Positions 1 to 12,811 of a stretch of 64,000 nt of DNA are shown here, one piece after another. A program made the translations under genes and the position numbers. Under the pieces are notes generated by a model. The model searched no databases. It was not told where the DNA came from and saw only the letters and a list, made by a program, of their open reading frames with translations. Position 1 is the stretch's first letter. The number at the start of each line of letters is the position of its first letter. The stretch is from NCBI GenBank assembly GCA_036172245.1, contig JAYWIR010000005.1, positions 868,001-932,000 on the forward strand. The letters are read 5' to 3'. Source of the stretch: Raillietiella orientalis. Its lineage: Eukaryota.

Positions 1-1313
1 AAAGAAAGAAAGAAAACCTCGAGGGCGTCGAAGAAATCCAAACAGCTGCCGAGCAACCTGCTTGAATGCGCTCCGCGCACCGAGGGGTGGCTGGGAACAC
101 AAATGAAGGGCGACGGTTTGGAAAATCTCCCTCCTATGCTGTGCACATACCCCGGACGCACTTCGGTCTTTGTCAAGCTGCTGTATCCAAAAGATACAGC
201 AACTCTACTGCTAGGAGCACGTTCGTTCCTGGCAACGAGAGAGACGCTGAAAGCCGAGACGGGAGGGAGGGAATCCATCGAACATCAGGACAAGGCGATG
301 CGAGGCACCCGCGTCGCGGGTGAGGAAGACGAACTTCTGGCGTGAAAGGACAACAACAAAAAGCATTTCGTTCCAAAGAAGGAAGGCGCGCAGCGAGGGT
401 CCCCGTTCCTCAAGCACGGCACGCAGCGACCTCCGCTCTCTGCTGTCGAAAGCACTGCACGCGGGTGCCACGTCGTTTATCGCAGACCTGTCCACAGCTC
501 CATCAAGAGCGGGAAGCTTTCTAAAGAGAAAGGATGGCACCCGGAGCACGGTGTCGACGGAGCTAGCAGACGGATGGGATGTGGAGAAGTGGCAACGAGT
601 CGAGAGGAAGAGAGAAGGGGGGGGGGGGCGGTCTCTGGGTATATTCGAGGCTGAGGTGTTCCTCGCCCGGTTTCCGCTTCGCTCCGAGCGTGGTGACCTG
701 GCTGCACACACACTTCCGCTTCTGGACGGAGTCGTCCGAGGCGGCGGCAGCGAAGGCAGACGGGATCCTCGAGAGATTCCTCCCGAAAGCGGCCTCTTGT
801 TGCCAACGGCAGCAGAGAAACGGAGGGTGGAGATGTCTTGGGAAAAGCACGCACGCCCTTCCCGAGGGGAAGGCAACCTTCCTCCTCCTCCTCCTCCTCC
901 CCCTCCCCCTCCCAATTGAACCTCGCACGTCTTTGGTTTTTTTTTTTGTTTGACAGCCCTTCGAGAATTCCGCGTGCCCGAAAAGCGGCGAGGGAAGCAT
1001 GTAGTGTGGACTCGTTTCCGCCTACACAGATCTTTCCGTGCTTCTTTCGTTTTTTTGCAGAGGAACCGCAGCATCCGGGACGACGCATGCAGGGGAGTCC
1101 TCGCTGGGGATACCTCCTGTCCGCATCACAATATAACGCCCAGATCGTTCCCCACTAAGCGCTACGGAGAATTCCTTAGCGGGGGAGAACTGGGGGGGGG
1201 GGGATCCGAGAAGCGCGCCAGCTGCCCGAGCGCATCCGCTAGTGTTCGGGACGCGTGCGTGAACTGGCCGATGAGGTCACGTGATACGGAATCGCCGTCC
1301 CCCCCCCCCTCAG

Positions 1314-1336
1314 CACGCACGCACGCACGCACGCAC
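1314..1336 (+). repeat. (GCAC)n microsatellite
   Basis: gcacgcacgcacgcacgcacgcacg. Confidence 0.9.
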
Positions 1337-2799
1337 GGACGCGCGACGAGAACGCAAGGGACCGGCGCGCTTGCCTCCCTCATTTCCCCTCCCCCCCTCC
1401 CCCGCACGAAATGGGAGGGAAGCAGTCCCGGAGAGCGTGGCTGCCGGGAGCGTCGCCATCGTGCGCCGTTCGGAAATGGCGTTGCCGAGAGCGGAGCACT
1501 CCGCACCCCCCTGAAACGAACGGGCGAGCGGGAGGCGAGCACGCACTCCGGAAGTTCAGCGAGCCGAGGGTTCGTTCTTCTCCGGGAAGGCGCGAAGAGG
1601 GAGAAAAAAAAGCAAACCGAAGCATGGCCGGCTGCACTGCCAGGAGGGTCGCGTCCCTCCCGACGACGGGCGAGCGTGCGAACGAACGCGGCGGCGTCGG
1701 GCTGCAGGAAGGAAGGCGGGCACGCGTCCATGCCTCCCGGCGGCCCCTGCTTCCAAGGACAAGTCCCTCCCGCACCCTTTTCCCACAAACCTGCAGAGCG
1801 GATCGGCGAACCCTACCCGAGGCTCGGCCGGGACAGGATGCGCGCGCAGCCCGGGGCGGAGGTTCGGTCTGACCGGTATTCGGTCAAGCGACCCTTGGAA
1901 GCATTTTTTTTTTTTTTTTTTGCCTCCACGAACAACCGTGGCATCCGTTACGCGGCGCCAGCGCAGCGTGCGAAATAGGAAAGCACGGGCTGCTTTGCTC
2001 ACGGGGAGGAGGAGATTAACATGGAGAAGAAATGACTAAACGCCGCTTGCCTGCAGACCCGGAGTCTCTTTCTTTCCTTTTCCTTCCCCAGCTTCGGGGT
2101 TTTCCCTTCCGACCTTCCGACGTCCAGGAAAATCTTCTTCAGGAAAGCAGGAGAGCAAAGCCTCCCCTTGAAACAAAGGGCACTGTTCATCAAGGTGGTG
2201 TCAGGAAGGTGGGGTCATCACCATGTTCGGGAATTCCGACAAACTCGTGGGGGACAGGAAAAGGTCACCCCATGTTAACCGGCAGCACACGACCACTTGT
2301 GGTGAGTGCGCGCGTTCCTTTGCACGAGCGTAGGGTAGCGCGTAACAATGGAATGGCACCCCTTTATGGAACGGGCACCGGCGGACATTGGAAAAGCCTT
2401 GGAAGAGCTCTCATTGGGCGCTATTATGGGCATCCAATAGCAACGGAGGGCGGTTCGGAGGAGCAGGTAGGGGTGCACGGAAGTGTGCAGCTAGGAGAGG
2501 GAACGTCACGTGAACGCGACGGCGGTGGCGTGGCTGCGCGCAGGCGCGTCGTCGTCCGAGTTGGGTCCAGATTCCCGCCGTGTATCCCGGCCGATGCTCC
2601 CGTGCACACGGGGGGAACGCGCGCGCGGAAAGAAACGCTTCGACGAGGAAATCCCGTTGAATTTCAGGGAAATAAGTGTGTTTCTTGTTTTTTTTTTTTT
2701 TTCTTTTTCTTTTCTTTCTCCCCTCCTTCCTTCTTCCCCCCCCCTCTCCCCCCCTCCTTTTTTGCTTTTTCAAATACCGACGCGAACCCGATGACCAAC

Positions 2800-3830
2800 C
2801 AAATTGCAGACAAGCCGGTTTCCAGTTCGATCTCAACGCTTTTCAGGTGTACTGAAGTAGAACGGTTAACCGCTTCCCTGTCTGCGAACTGCCCGACGTT
2901 CGTGCATCTGGAAAGTCCGTTTTCCTCCAGAGGGCGTCTGAAGAACGAAAAAAGCGCTGCTGCGAAAAGGAATCCTTACGAAGATTTTCCGAGTGCCGCT
3001 TTCACGTTTCGAAAGTCTGATGCACGTCAAGGAGGCATTTGCTTGAGTTATCACCTTACGTTTCTTCCTCTAATAGCGTAGGCCATGTGTTCCCGCAGCT
3101 GAGGTTGCGAAGGTTCCCCATGGGACTCACCCGTGCGTGTGTTGGATGCTGCTTCAGAGGGGGGCAGAAATCGCAGAGAGCTGATCGGAACAGAACGCGA
3201 GCAGGTTCCTTGCTGACCTTTAACACAAGTTAAAGACTTTGGAATCCTGGTAGCGAAGGTTTCGACAAAAACGGCAGGAGCAGAAGAAGGTTCATCCGAC
3301 TGGCATCTCATGCAAAACGAATTTGGGCCCAGTCCAGAGGTCATCGGATTCGAGAAAAAGGAAAAAGCTCAACCACGATATGGCGAGCTGTCGGGGCGAG
3401 ATGACGAGGAGGAAGTGCAGAGGATGGCAATTTGCGTCCTGCGAAGATGCTTTGATGGATGAACGCGCGCTGGAAACGACAGCACGGGCGAAGGTGCATG
3501 GGACGCTCCCTCCCTCCCCGTCTCGGACAACCCAGCCGCCCCACCGTTGTTCTCAGTGGAAATGGGAGCCGACCCTGCCCTCATCACAAAACGTCGCCAT
3601 CACAGCTCGCTGGTTCGGCGCCCCGCGCTCTTCAGCGGCTCCGCCGCGTGTGCAAACAGCGCCGCAGCTGGGCGATCGCTGATGTGAACGAGGAGGCCTG
3701 CGCCGGCTTCAGCTGGCAGGAGGTGTTTCTCAACCCCCCATGTTCACTCGCCCGACAGGAGGCAGGACTGAACCAAAAGTTTCACCATCTCCAAAAGCTA
3801 TTCCAGATAATAAGCACTTATTAGTAGACA
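2800..3830 (+). mobile_element. Degenerate DIRS-like (tyrosine recombinase retrotransposon) RT C-terminus / RNase H / methyltransferase remnant
   Basis: Frameshifted motifs occur in the expected order: LTFNTS*RLW (~TDAS..GW), EEGSSDWHLMQNEF (~WHIN.LEL), RGGS..LRPAKML*W (~GG.S..L...LW), WE...AITARWFGAP...PQL (~EW.L...WG.P.IDLFA..N.QL) and FSWQEVFLNPPCSL (~DAF..W...NPPFSL, the DIRS N6-adenine MTase motif). Confidence 0.5.
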
Positions 3831-6199
3831 ATAAATCTGCTTTGCGGAGGCCTGTTACTCAACAGAATAAAAGGAGCACCCTCATCAATAACGCTGCACA
3901 CCGCTTGGCGGCGCGGACGTCCGAATCCGAAAACGCAGGTACCTGCGCCCACGAACAGAAGATCTGTGCGGATCTGAATCGAATCCGAGCTTCCACTCTT
4001 CGCAACCCACGCACGGCATGGATCCGCGCAGAAATTTGTTTGCCACCGACCGGGAATCCGGATGGCTCACCTTCCTCCTCCCCCCGACGCCGGATTCCTC
4101 GGGATTCTTCCTCGGACGCAACCAACTCGGCGCGTGTCAAACTCACAGCGAACTGCCTGCTGCCGCGACGACTGCTGCTGCCGTCCGTGGACCCTGGACT
4201 CCAACCAACTGAAACTCACAATGAAGAAGAAGTCTTCGTGGATCCCTGCTTCTTTCACTTTTTCTTCGCAGGCACTCGTGATTCGGGAAGGCATTGGAAA
4301 TTCCAAGCGGCCGTCACTTGCCTTTTCCACCACTGAACACTACGTGGTCCTCAAGTTAAATGGAACATAATATTACGACGTGATTACTACTTTCAGGAAA
4401 CAGCAGCTTTTTCTTTTTTCTTTTTTGGATTCAGCTTTCCACGAGACTCCAAGCTTTCAAAAGAAGCAAGTTTCAGCAACTGCTACTTCATCGAGGCTGT
4501 TCCACGTACTAATAAGTGTTATTCGTGCGCCAATTATCAAATAAACGATTGTATTATCTCCCGCCTGGAGAGTGTTTTGTAACCATTGGGAAATGCTTTC
4601 GAAACTCTGGGGATACAATTCCCAAAAGGCTACTTCGAGGTTTCCTCATTAAATTCCCATGAAATCTGCCTTTACCTTCAGGAGGAACGATGTCATCCTA
4701 TTTGCAACTTTGCTTCTGTCCAGGCTGTCTGTAGTCGCCGTTCGTCGAGAATCTCTTCAAACAGGAATTTGCAAGTGAAGCCCAGGCCACTGTTCCTTCT
4801 TTAAGTATAGGTCTAAGGACTACTGCATATACCATCAATCAGGGATAGTGCATACGCATCGCGTACACACTATCCTTTCTCCATGCCCGCGCTGATTGCA
4901 CTCAAAAGGAAGTGGGAAGGGGAGAAGGGGATCCGTCAGTGATCACGAAACACTAATCGCAAGAAAAGCAGAGCAATTCTTTTGCAACCTCGGATGCAAA
5001 TAAAACACCAAAAATACACACAACCGATACGTACTGAAGTTTCTAAATAATCGGGAGTCTGTACACTAAAGAGGAGAGGTCTGCTCTGAGAGAGTTTGGG
5101 ATTTAGCATAGAGATGGTTGTAACTTGATCTTATATTTCTTGGTTTGTGTGTGTGCGCGTGTGTGTGAAACGAATTAGAGATCACTCACGCGGAACTGAC
5201 GAATATTCAGAAATGAGAAATAAACTCTGCCTCAGACCTCCTCTTTTCCATACTGAGAGGAACTTTTGGAAGAAACTTTCAGGAAAGTGTGCTGTGAAGA
5301 CACACTGGGATTTCATTACTGGGGGGTCTGTTTCCACGCGTTTGCGTTTCCTTCAGAAGGTATTTGTCCGCACAAAGTGCTCCCAACTTTACAGAATTCT
5401 CCATAGAGCTAGAGAGCTCTCTTTACTGCACACACACACACACACCCCAAAAAAAAAAAAAAAAAAAACACGTACACACACACACATCCCTGTTGCACAC
5501 GTGTGGAAATTTGGGCACTTGAGTTTCTTGGAAAATACTCATTATAACAAGCTCTGGCAGCTCATGTTTGCATCCCCTTTTCCCTGATGATGGCAGTCGC
5601 CGGGTTAGCATACATTCAGCGTCTGTCCCAAGATCTGCGCGTTTTATGCACTTTCGAAAAGCCTCAAAACCCAATTTCATTAAGAGGCAGTCCAAAATGC
5701 TCTTATATAAACAGCACCTGCGCCTTCTTCAGAAGAGGAAGAAGGAAAGAAAGAAACAAGTCATTCCGCATGGGCAGAGGAGCGAAATGGGAGAATTGCG
5801 TATAAATGTGGATTGTACCACCCAGCTTCCGTCCCACCGTTCCCTAACAAGAAGAACTCTTCTGCGTGTCGTTCGCTTCAGCAGCTTCCATTAAACGCAA
5901 AAGGTGGAAACGTTGCCTCACCCGTGAAGCAGGAAAGCAAGAAGGATGGGGGACTTGTCGTGCATACCCAGGCCTGGTTTAGAGGACCTCCAGCTTAACG
6001 AAACTGCTTGATCACCTCTCACTCACGGGCTGATCTCTTGATGCGTCGCTCCTCTGGAATTTGTGACAGTCGTGATAAAGTGTCCCTTGGAGGGAGCACA
6101 GTTTGGTTTTGCTCCCTCTCGCTTAATTATCCTTGTTTTCTCATAATCTGCTTGTAAGGACTTTCCTTTGAAGATGGCATCCTACACGGCAGGGGAAAG

Positions 6200-6630
6200 A
6201 TAATTCTTTGTTTGCCTGCGACTATCGTTCGGTCTCTTCAAACACTTGTTGAAGTGTTCCGCACCCTCAGCGAAAAGGAAGCGCAAAAAGTGACTCTCTC
6301 TCGCTTTAAGAAGAAACCTCGGATGCAGGGGCATCCTCTGCTGGTGCGAGGCAGCACTCGAAGAAAGCCGGCAACCACCCAATTTGTTGGAGTTACTCTG
6401 ACAAGGAGTGGATGCACCCATTATACCTCGCGGTCATCGGGTAAACCCCGATGACCGCGAGGCGTCCACATTGCGGGAAGCCACACTTGATGAGGAGGGC
6501 CAAAGATTGCGTGTACACCGCTGGACTAGCAAGGGTGCGTACACGTACGTCGCTTACATCGCCGGGGATGCGGCCGAGAGTGCAGGGGAAATGCCCAGGT
6601 GCCAACAAGGAATGGTGGCGCGTTGTTGAT
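6200..6630 (+). mobile_element. Degenerate tyrosine recombinase C-terminus (probably the same DIRS-like element)
   Basis: HPLLV...KPATTQFVGVTL..SG.THYTSRS resembles PLF...PLT..QF...L...G...YTSHS. After a frameshift, HRWTSKGAYTYV resembles GRW.S.A...Y. It lies downstream of the RH/MT remnant on the same strand, as in DIRS1. Confidence 0.35.
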
Positions 6631-9329
6631 CGCCCAGGTGAAAAATAGCCTCCTGCGGCCTCCGGACGGGCGATAAGGTGATTCCTCCTCGAAGAAGAGA
6701 AACCCTTCTTGCGTCGAAGCCGCCGTTCGATAAAAGTTTCTGATTCGTGCTGGATCACACGTACTTTTGAAGAACAAACACGCTCGTACCCGCGCGAGAA
6801 GAAGAAAGAAAGAAAGGAAAAGAATTCTGGGTTCGAGAATTTCGATTGCATTCTTGTTTGTTTTGTTGTCGATACCAGGAAATGGATTTTCTTCATTTGG
6901 AAAAGCATGCATCATGGAGACGGCATCATGACTCTTGTGCAACAGCACATACCTTGAAGAATTAGCATACGTTTATTCTATTTCTCTCTCTCTCCCCCCC
7001 ACCAGGATCCATCTCCTGTTTCCTTTTAAAAACCTGCATCGCACGGGCAATATTTCCTCCACATATCTAAATTTCTCGAATGGCCAAATGGTAATTTCGA
7101 ATGAGGAGTGATCTGCTCGAGGTGGATTTACCTATTCGCTAATGATGATCTTCGAGCTCTGCTGGCGCCCTCCCCCCCCATCATTATAATCTGCTTGCAG
7201 GGAATGCTGTTTCCGAAAATCATGCACCCCTCCGGCTTTTCCGAAGCAAATGATTTGTCGATGACACTGCTCTATTGGGAGTCATTTGTCAGAAGCATTT
7301 ATTGTTTTACTCTTTTCTTCATTGTATAGAAAGCTCACAACATCATTGATAATATGCAAATAAACGCGATTTTCAGGCACAGACAATAGCACCGAAAGAG
7401 CATCCAAGTTCTCTTCAATGTCTAAAATATGCTATCGTATTTTAAGAGTAGAAGGAGGTCAATTGCAGTCTTTCGACGAGGGATGTTTACCTAACAAGTG
7501 TTAAAGAAAAGAAGATTTATCGTGTGGCCACGCTGCCGTGTTCTTGTGCAACTCCAGGGCAGGTAGAAAGGCGGAGTGGCCGCGGAAACTCCGCATTTCT
7601 GAGAATGCGTTTGTCATTAAAAACAACGAGTGGGGGGGGAGGAGTGGATTTGTTTAATGAAGCGAGACCACTTACAAATAGGTGTTTCTAAACGAGCCGC
7701 AACAAATTCATTGGAAGAAGAAAATTTCCAGTCTTCCCATCCTGGATGGGGTCCTTAAAGTCTTTCCTGTGGAAGGTATGCTCTTTCGAAGTATGCCCGG
7801 TGCCATGATGGAAATGGTCAGGTCAGCTGTGCTCATCAGCGGTGCAGCAGAAAAACAATTCCGCTTCGTTTCCTCCTCCCATCCAGCGTTTCCATGGGAA
7901 GTAGGGAGAGGATTTCGCCGACTCGATGTGATCCTTCAGAGGGGTGAACTGGCAACCCTGCCTTTCCGTTGCCACCAGGTGTTCCCAACGCTTGCGGTGC
8001 TACCCACCTGAAATTTCACTCCGCTCCTTCGAGTCCTGCATTCCTATCCCACCCCATGCTTTTGTCCCACGAATCCGCTGGCGCTCCACCGATCGCAGGC
8101 GTGCCACAACCCTCCACGTTGGATCCCCCCCCCAAAACAGAGAACTGCGGATTCACTCCCGAGTCGGTTTTTCTGCTTCCGGTCGCCAACCGCTGCTTTG
8201 TTGGTTCGCGCCTTTCTGATTCGCGGCCGCCGCTTCCGGACACCGACGTTCGGTTTCCGCCCGTTTTTTTTTTTCTTTTTTTCTCAGGCGGGAACGAAAC
8301 GGCCGCGCGAGCGCCTCGCCGAAATCCTGCGGAGACTTTCACGTCCCCTTCTTCGTCCGCGCTCTTGCGAACCCGTGCGTCCCTCCGCGTCTTCCCTGCT
8401 CTCCTCGGTGGGTCCCAGGTTATTGTTCGGGCCGCAGGTTTCGCGACTCCGGGACGCCCGCGCACTCCCGCGCGCCGCCCACCCTTCGGAACTCGGACAA
8501 TGGAGGTCCCGCAGGTGCCGGGAAGACAGTCGGCTGTTGCCAGGATACCGGCCCGCCGTCTGCCGCACTCCTCCCCAATGGGGAAGAGCGCCGGCAGAGA
8601 CAGGTGGGAATCCTGGCAGCGGGTGGAAGGTGACCTTCGAATTCGCTCCTTTGGGCGGCTGAGGGCCCTTGCCTGCCTTGGAATGCGGGGCGGCGGACGG
8701 GAAGTCCTGTAGTCCCCTTGGGGGAGTCTGGGAGGTGCAGGAAGACGCCGCGGATTCGCCTTCCTGCGGTGCGGTAGGGCGGTGCGCGGAAGGACTCGGC
8801 GTGCTGGAGACCGGTGGGCCAATCCCCGGCACTGTGGCGCCTCCCGCCTGCCCCCTGGACTGGTGCCTGGTGCCATCCCGTCCTCAAACGCAGCGACGCT
8901 CAGGTTCCCCTGGATACGGATGGCACTCTGGAGTCCGCCGCCTACGGGAGGGACTCGAGGAGAAGTCCTCGTGCGACATCTGGAGCCGCTGCCGTCAGCT
9001 CAGACTTCTGCAGCAGGTGCTCTGAAAGGTGCTTCCGAAGGGGAGGAAGGAGGGATCCTTGGGCACCACCTCCGAGCGCAGTCCAGTCGACGATGAGTCC
9101 TCGGGGGAGTCACCCCAGCTCCATCTTCCACCTCCCCCTTTTGCCCCTTTCGCGGCATTCCACGGCCATCCCCGTTGCGAAAGCGGCCTCTCCCGTTCCC
9201 CTTCCCAGATCCGCGCCCACCTCGGAGTCCCTGGGCACCGCCTGTGGTCCATTTTGCGATCAGCTACGCCTTTTCGCCGCTTCTGGGTTCGGACAGGTGG
9301 CTCCCTGGAGTCCACATAGCCACATGGCC

Positions 9330-10320
9330 CACTTTGGCGATGTCCGCGCGCGGAGGCACATGCCGTCGCGGGTTCGAATCCCTCCCGGGGAAGGGTCGAT
9401 GCCCCGAGAAAGGTTGACACCCGGTCACTTCGGAGAGTTTATTTATATAAAAAATAAACAGACACGTCTGTGGCAGGACGTTTGGTCCTGCCCCACTTTA
9501 CCTATAACTACGAGGAACCTGCCGGCCCTCACCAGCGGAGTTCGCCCCGGCAGCACAAGGGAAAAGGAGATAAACAAAAAAGCATACAGTCAAAAAAATG
9601 GAGGAAGGGGCGGGGGGTTTGGGAAGGGATTATTGTGTGCTGGGGGACGTCCTCTGCATCCTTGTAAGGATGCCGGCAAGTCCCTGTTTCAAGACTCCCA
9701 GATGCGGTCATCTTGACGCTGTCCTCATGAAGAGGACAGCAAAACAGATGGCGTCGCGCAGGAAGAGGCGCTTTCAAACGTCTCTGGCGTTTCCGACGGG
9801 GATCCCAAGGGTCGCGGCAAAGCGTTCCCAAAGGGGCTGGAGGGCAGCAGCGCACTAGGAGGTGCGGGAGGAACTCTGCATTCCTGGATGGGGGAAGACC
9901 AACTTCCCTTGTCCATTCCTGGAGGATGGAGCGATGCCATGAGATGCGGGACGCATTGTGGGTTTCAAGTCCTTCCATCCCCCACCCCCCTTCCCCACAC
10001 AGGATGGCGCTGGTTGGCCCAGGAGCTTCGGGTGCGGCACTAATGGAAGTCGGAAACCCCTGGATGCCCCATTAACTGGCCGGGATGGGAAGCTGACCCT
10101 CAAGGGTACTCCGGGAATCGAGGAGCCTTTCGGGGCTCCCCTCCGGATGTGGACGGGGAGCCAAGTCCCGTGCAGCTGGAGGATCGATGCTTCTTCAGAG
10201 TATCAAGAAGCTCGCCGCTCCCTTGGGGCGGGACCTTTTAGAGAAATCGGGAAGAGTTCCTTCGGGGTTCTCTCTTCAGAGGAGGAGGAAACCAGGAGCG
10301 GATCCTTTCCTGAGGCTGCG
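9330..10320 (+). repeat. SINE-like family copy split by a LINE insertion (9330-9413 and 9932-10320)
   Basis: B-box gcgggttcgaatccc at 9368-9382. After the LINE it resumes with gggtttcaagtcc, aggatggcgctggttggccc..ttcgggtgcggcact..ggatgcccc and cagagtatcaagaag..agagaaatcgggaag. Confidence 0.65.
9414..9931 (-). mobile_element. 5'-truncated L1/Tx1-like LINE (ORF2 C-terminus + 3'UTR) inserted into a SINE copy
   Basis: Clear nucleotide similarity to 42650-43130 (e.g. gtcctctgcatccttgt..ggatg, gactcccagatg.ggtcatcttgac.ctgtcctcatgaag). AATAAA lies on the minus strand near 9438-9443. It is flanked by the degenerate direct repeat CGATGCCCCGAGA (9397) / CGATGCCATGAGA (9932). Confidence 0.7.
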
Positions 10321-10439
10321 AGCCATCCCGGCCGGCCAGCGAACTGGGCATGCATCCAGAACCGGCGGATTGCGAACAGCCTTGAAATGCAGGGAATACC
10401 TTGTCCGCGGGCTCCCTCCTGTTTGGAGAGTTCAGGCGG

Positions 10440-11250
10440 AACCCTGCCGGGGTCCAAAGGCGAGGCTGGGTGGCTCCATGACCCTTGTTGGGTGCCGGCG
10501 CGGCCCTCTTGAGGCAGCCTCTCCGAAGATGGCGACACAGCCGCGGACGGCGACTCGACCGCTGTTAAAAGCCCGCTGGACCTGTCCCGGTCGTCCCTGG
10601 CGGGCTTCTTTCGTGGGAAGGAGGTCATCCCAGCGCTTGGAAGCTGTGGTCACGCTGAGGGTGCTGGCAGTTCCTGCCAACTGCCTCCCAGTAACCAGCT
10701 TCCTCCGGCACGAGTCCTCCAGGAAGGAGCAAGGCGCGCGTCCGCCTCTCCAGGCAGGAGAGGGACTCCCGGAGGCGGTCCCGCTATGCTCCTCGATCGC
10801 TCGAGGCGCTACGGCTCGGTTCTGGAAGGGCGCCTTCCCGGAAGGCGCAGTCAGGGCAGCGGAGGCAGCTGAGCAAGAGGGAGACACCTCGGATGGCAGG
10901 AGTGAACCAGGAGCTCCTCAAAGAAGAACCGAACCCCGGCGCAACAGCTTCCGCTCTCCCATTTTGGCCTCCGGGGATGCGGCGCACCTCTGATGCTTTC
11001 CTTCTAGGCGTTTGCCTGTGTGCCCTTCATCTCCAGCGACAGGACCATTGCGTTGTTGTTGCCCTTCTTTCGGAACGGCTTGCACGCGCTGGGAACTTTT
11101 CGGTCCTCCCTTCGTCCGCGGAGGGGTTGCCAGGGAACCAGGATGTGTGTGCTGGAGCTCTCGAAGCTTCGGGTTAGTCGCCACGGGGAAGGAAGACTGG
11201 GCTGCTGAGCTGCATTCCCGATGGATGCTGCTGCCACGCCCTTAAATGCT
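10440..11250 (-). mobile_element. Possible degenerate LINE post-RT fragment
   Basis: Weak motifs only: HLRAWQ, NPKL, SQRVQAVPKEG (~L.LPK..GG), KRWDDLL. Confidence 0.3.
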
Positions 11251-12811
11251 ATCTGCGGATTCAGAGACTCCGAAACTGCTATGGCCGCGTCGCGTTCTCC
11301 GGAGTCCTAGTCCGGGGGACCGTGTTCCCGCTGGTCGCAATCAGGACACGCCACCTCTCACTGCAAGCAATTTCCCACTGTCCAAAGCGATCCACTTGTC
11401 TGGCCAAGAAACCAACAGGTCTGTTGGCCAGACAAATGGATGGCACTTCCTGTGCACCACCGGATCGATTCTTTTCGGCTGATTCAGGAGAGCGTGGTGG
11501 AGACCAGGCTTCTTTCTCTTTGTCATCAACTTCCGATTACGAACAAAGAATGGCCAAATCTTCCTCTTTTTTTTTCCCTTTCTTTCTTGGTTACTTTACA
11601 TGCTGACTGCGGTGCACTGGGAAATTGAGAAATCCAAACCTCAGAATAACGCCATCATTCTGAACGAAGTGCTTGCAAATTAACGAGAACATCCAATCAA
11701 TTGGGAAAGAGAACAAAGAAGATGAGCATAGAATCGCTCCGAAAGAAAAAAAATACTTTAAGATAAGCTGCCTGTGAGGATTCCGGATGATCGTTATTAG
11801 GCGTAAACTCGCTTTTGAAATGCAAGTATGGAAACTGCTCCATCGATCGGTTAAAATGCAAACGGCGCGCGCCCTCGCTTTACGAGAGACTCTTTTCTGT
11901 CCGAGCTCCTCAGACCTCAGACTGTTGCACTATGTTACGAGTTTTTTCAACTCGGGTTCTTCAATCTCGGGTTATGAAACTTTAAACTCTTTCAGCTATG
12001 CTCACCAGTGCCTTTTTTCATCATGGATACTCACATATCAGACGCACGAGAATCTGCATGAAATCCAACTTTTCTACAGCAATTTGTTTCTTAGAACATT
12101 ACTTTGCCTCCACGTCCATCGAAAACAAGTGATCAAGCAAGTGATCGTTGTAATGGAAGCGGCTAAGCGTGACAAATATACGGTGGACATGATAAAATAC
12201 AAACATAACTTAATTCCAATGATCGGTATTTGACCCAATTTAACATGATTTCATTTCATGAAATTAAAAATACTGGATTGCACGGGATTGTGAGTTGGGC
12301 ACCCTGAGCATTGTTGGCACCTGATGCTTCGCTATTTCGCCTAAGATGAGAATTTTCCATGGAAGGTCCCTAAAATCTTGCCATGCTCACAGTGGACTGG
12401 AAGAACACCAGTTTTGGACTGTAAATATGTTAACCTATTGGAAAGATCGTTTTTTTTTTTTCTTTACTCCCTGATATCGGCTTTCAAATTTGCTTGTCCA
12501 GTGTTGCAATTAATTTTGCGGAACGTTCGGATTTTGTGGTCGATTAGTGCATAAAACAGCAATAATGAGTGCCTGCGACGGTTGCAGTCGTGCTTTCCGT
12601 TCTTGAAACTTTATGAAAGTGTTTTATTTTTTTTTGTTTGCTTTCTCTCAGGGTAGAATGACAAAATCAATTCATATCTAAGTTCGATCCATGTGCAGGC
12701 GTTTGCATTGAAAATGCTGGAACTCAGTTGTATCATTCACTAAATTCGTCAAGAGCAGTTTATTTGGTGAATAAGTAGACTCTTAACTGGTGAAAAAAAA
12801 AAGAAAAGAAA

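Noticed and set aside
66..2700. Long overlapping ORFs (e.g. 950-1978 +, 211-1074 -, 2032-3081 +)
   Set aside because: Arg/Gly/Pro-rich translations crossing homopolymer and microsatellite runs. Typical GC-rich ORF artefacts with no recognisable domain.
7700..8010. Minus-strand peptide HRKRWEHLVATERQG...PWKRWMGGG resembling the post-RT region of a site-specific non-LTR element
   Set aside because: Too short and degenerate; no RT, zinc-knuckle or REL motif nearby.
9368..9382. GGTTCGAATCC B-boxes (also 39783, 40492, 53443) as tRNA genes
   Set aside because: No cloverleaf could be folded, and the flanks match a dispersed repeat, so these are SINE heads.
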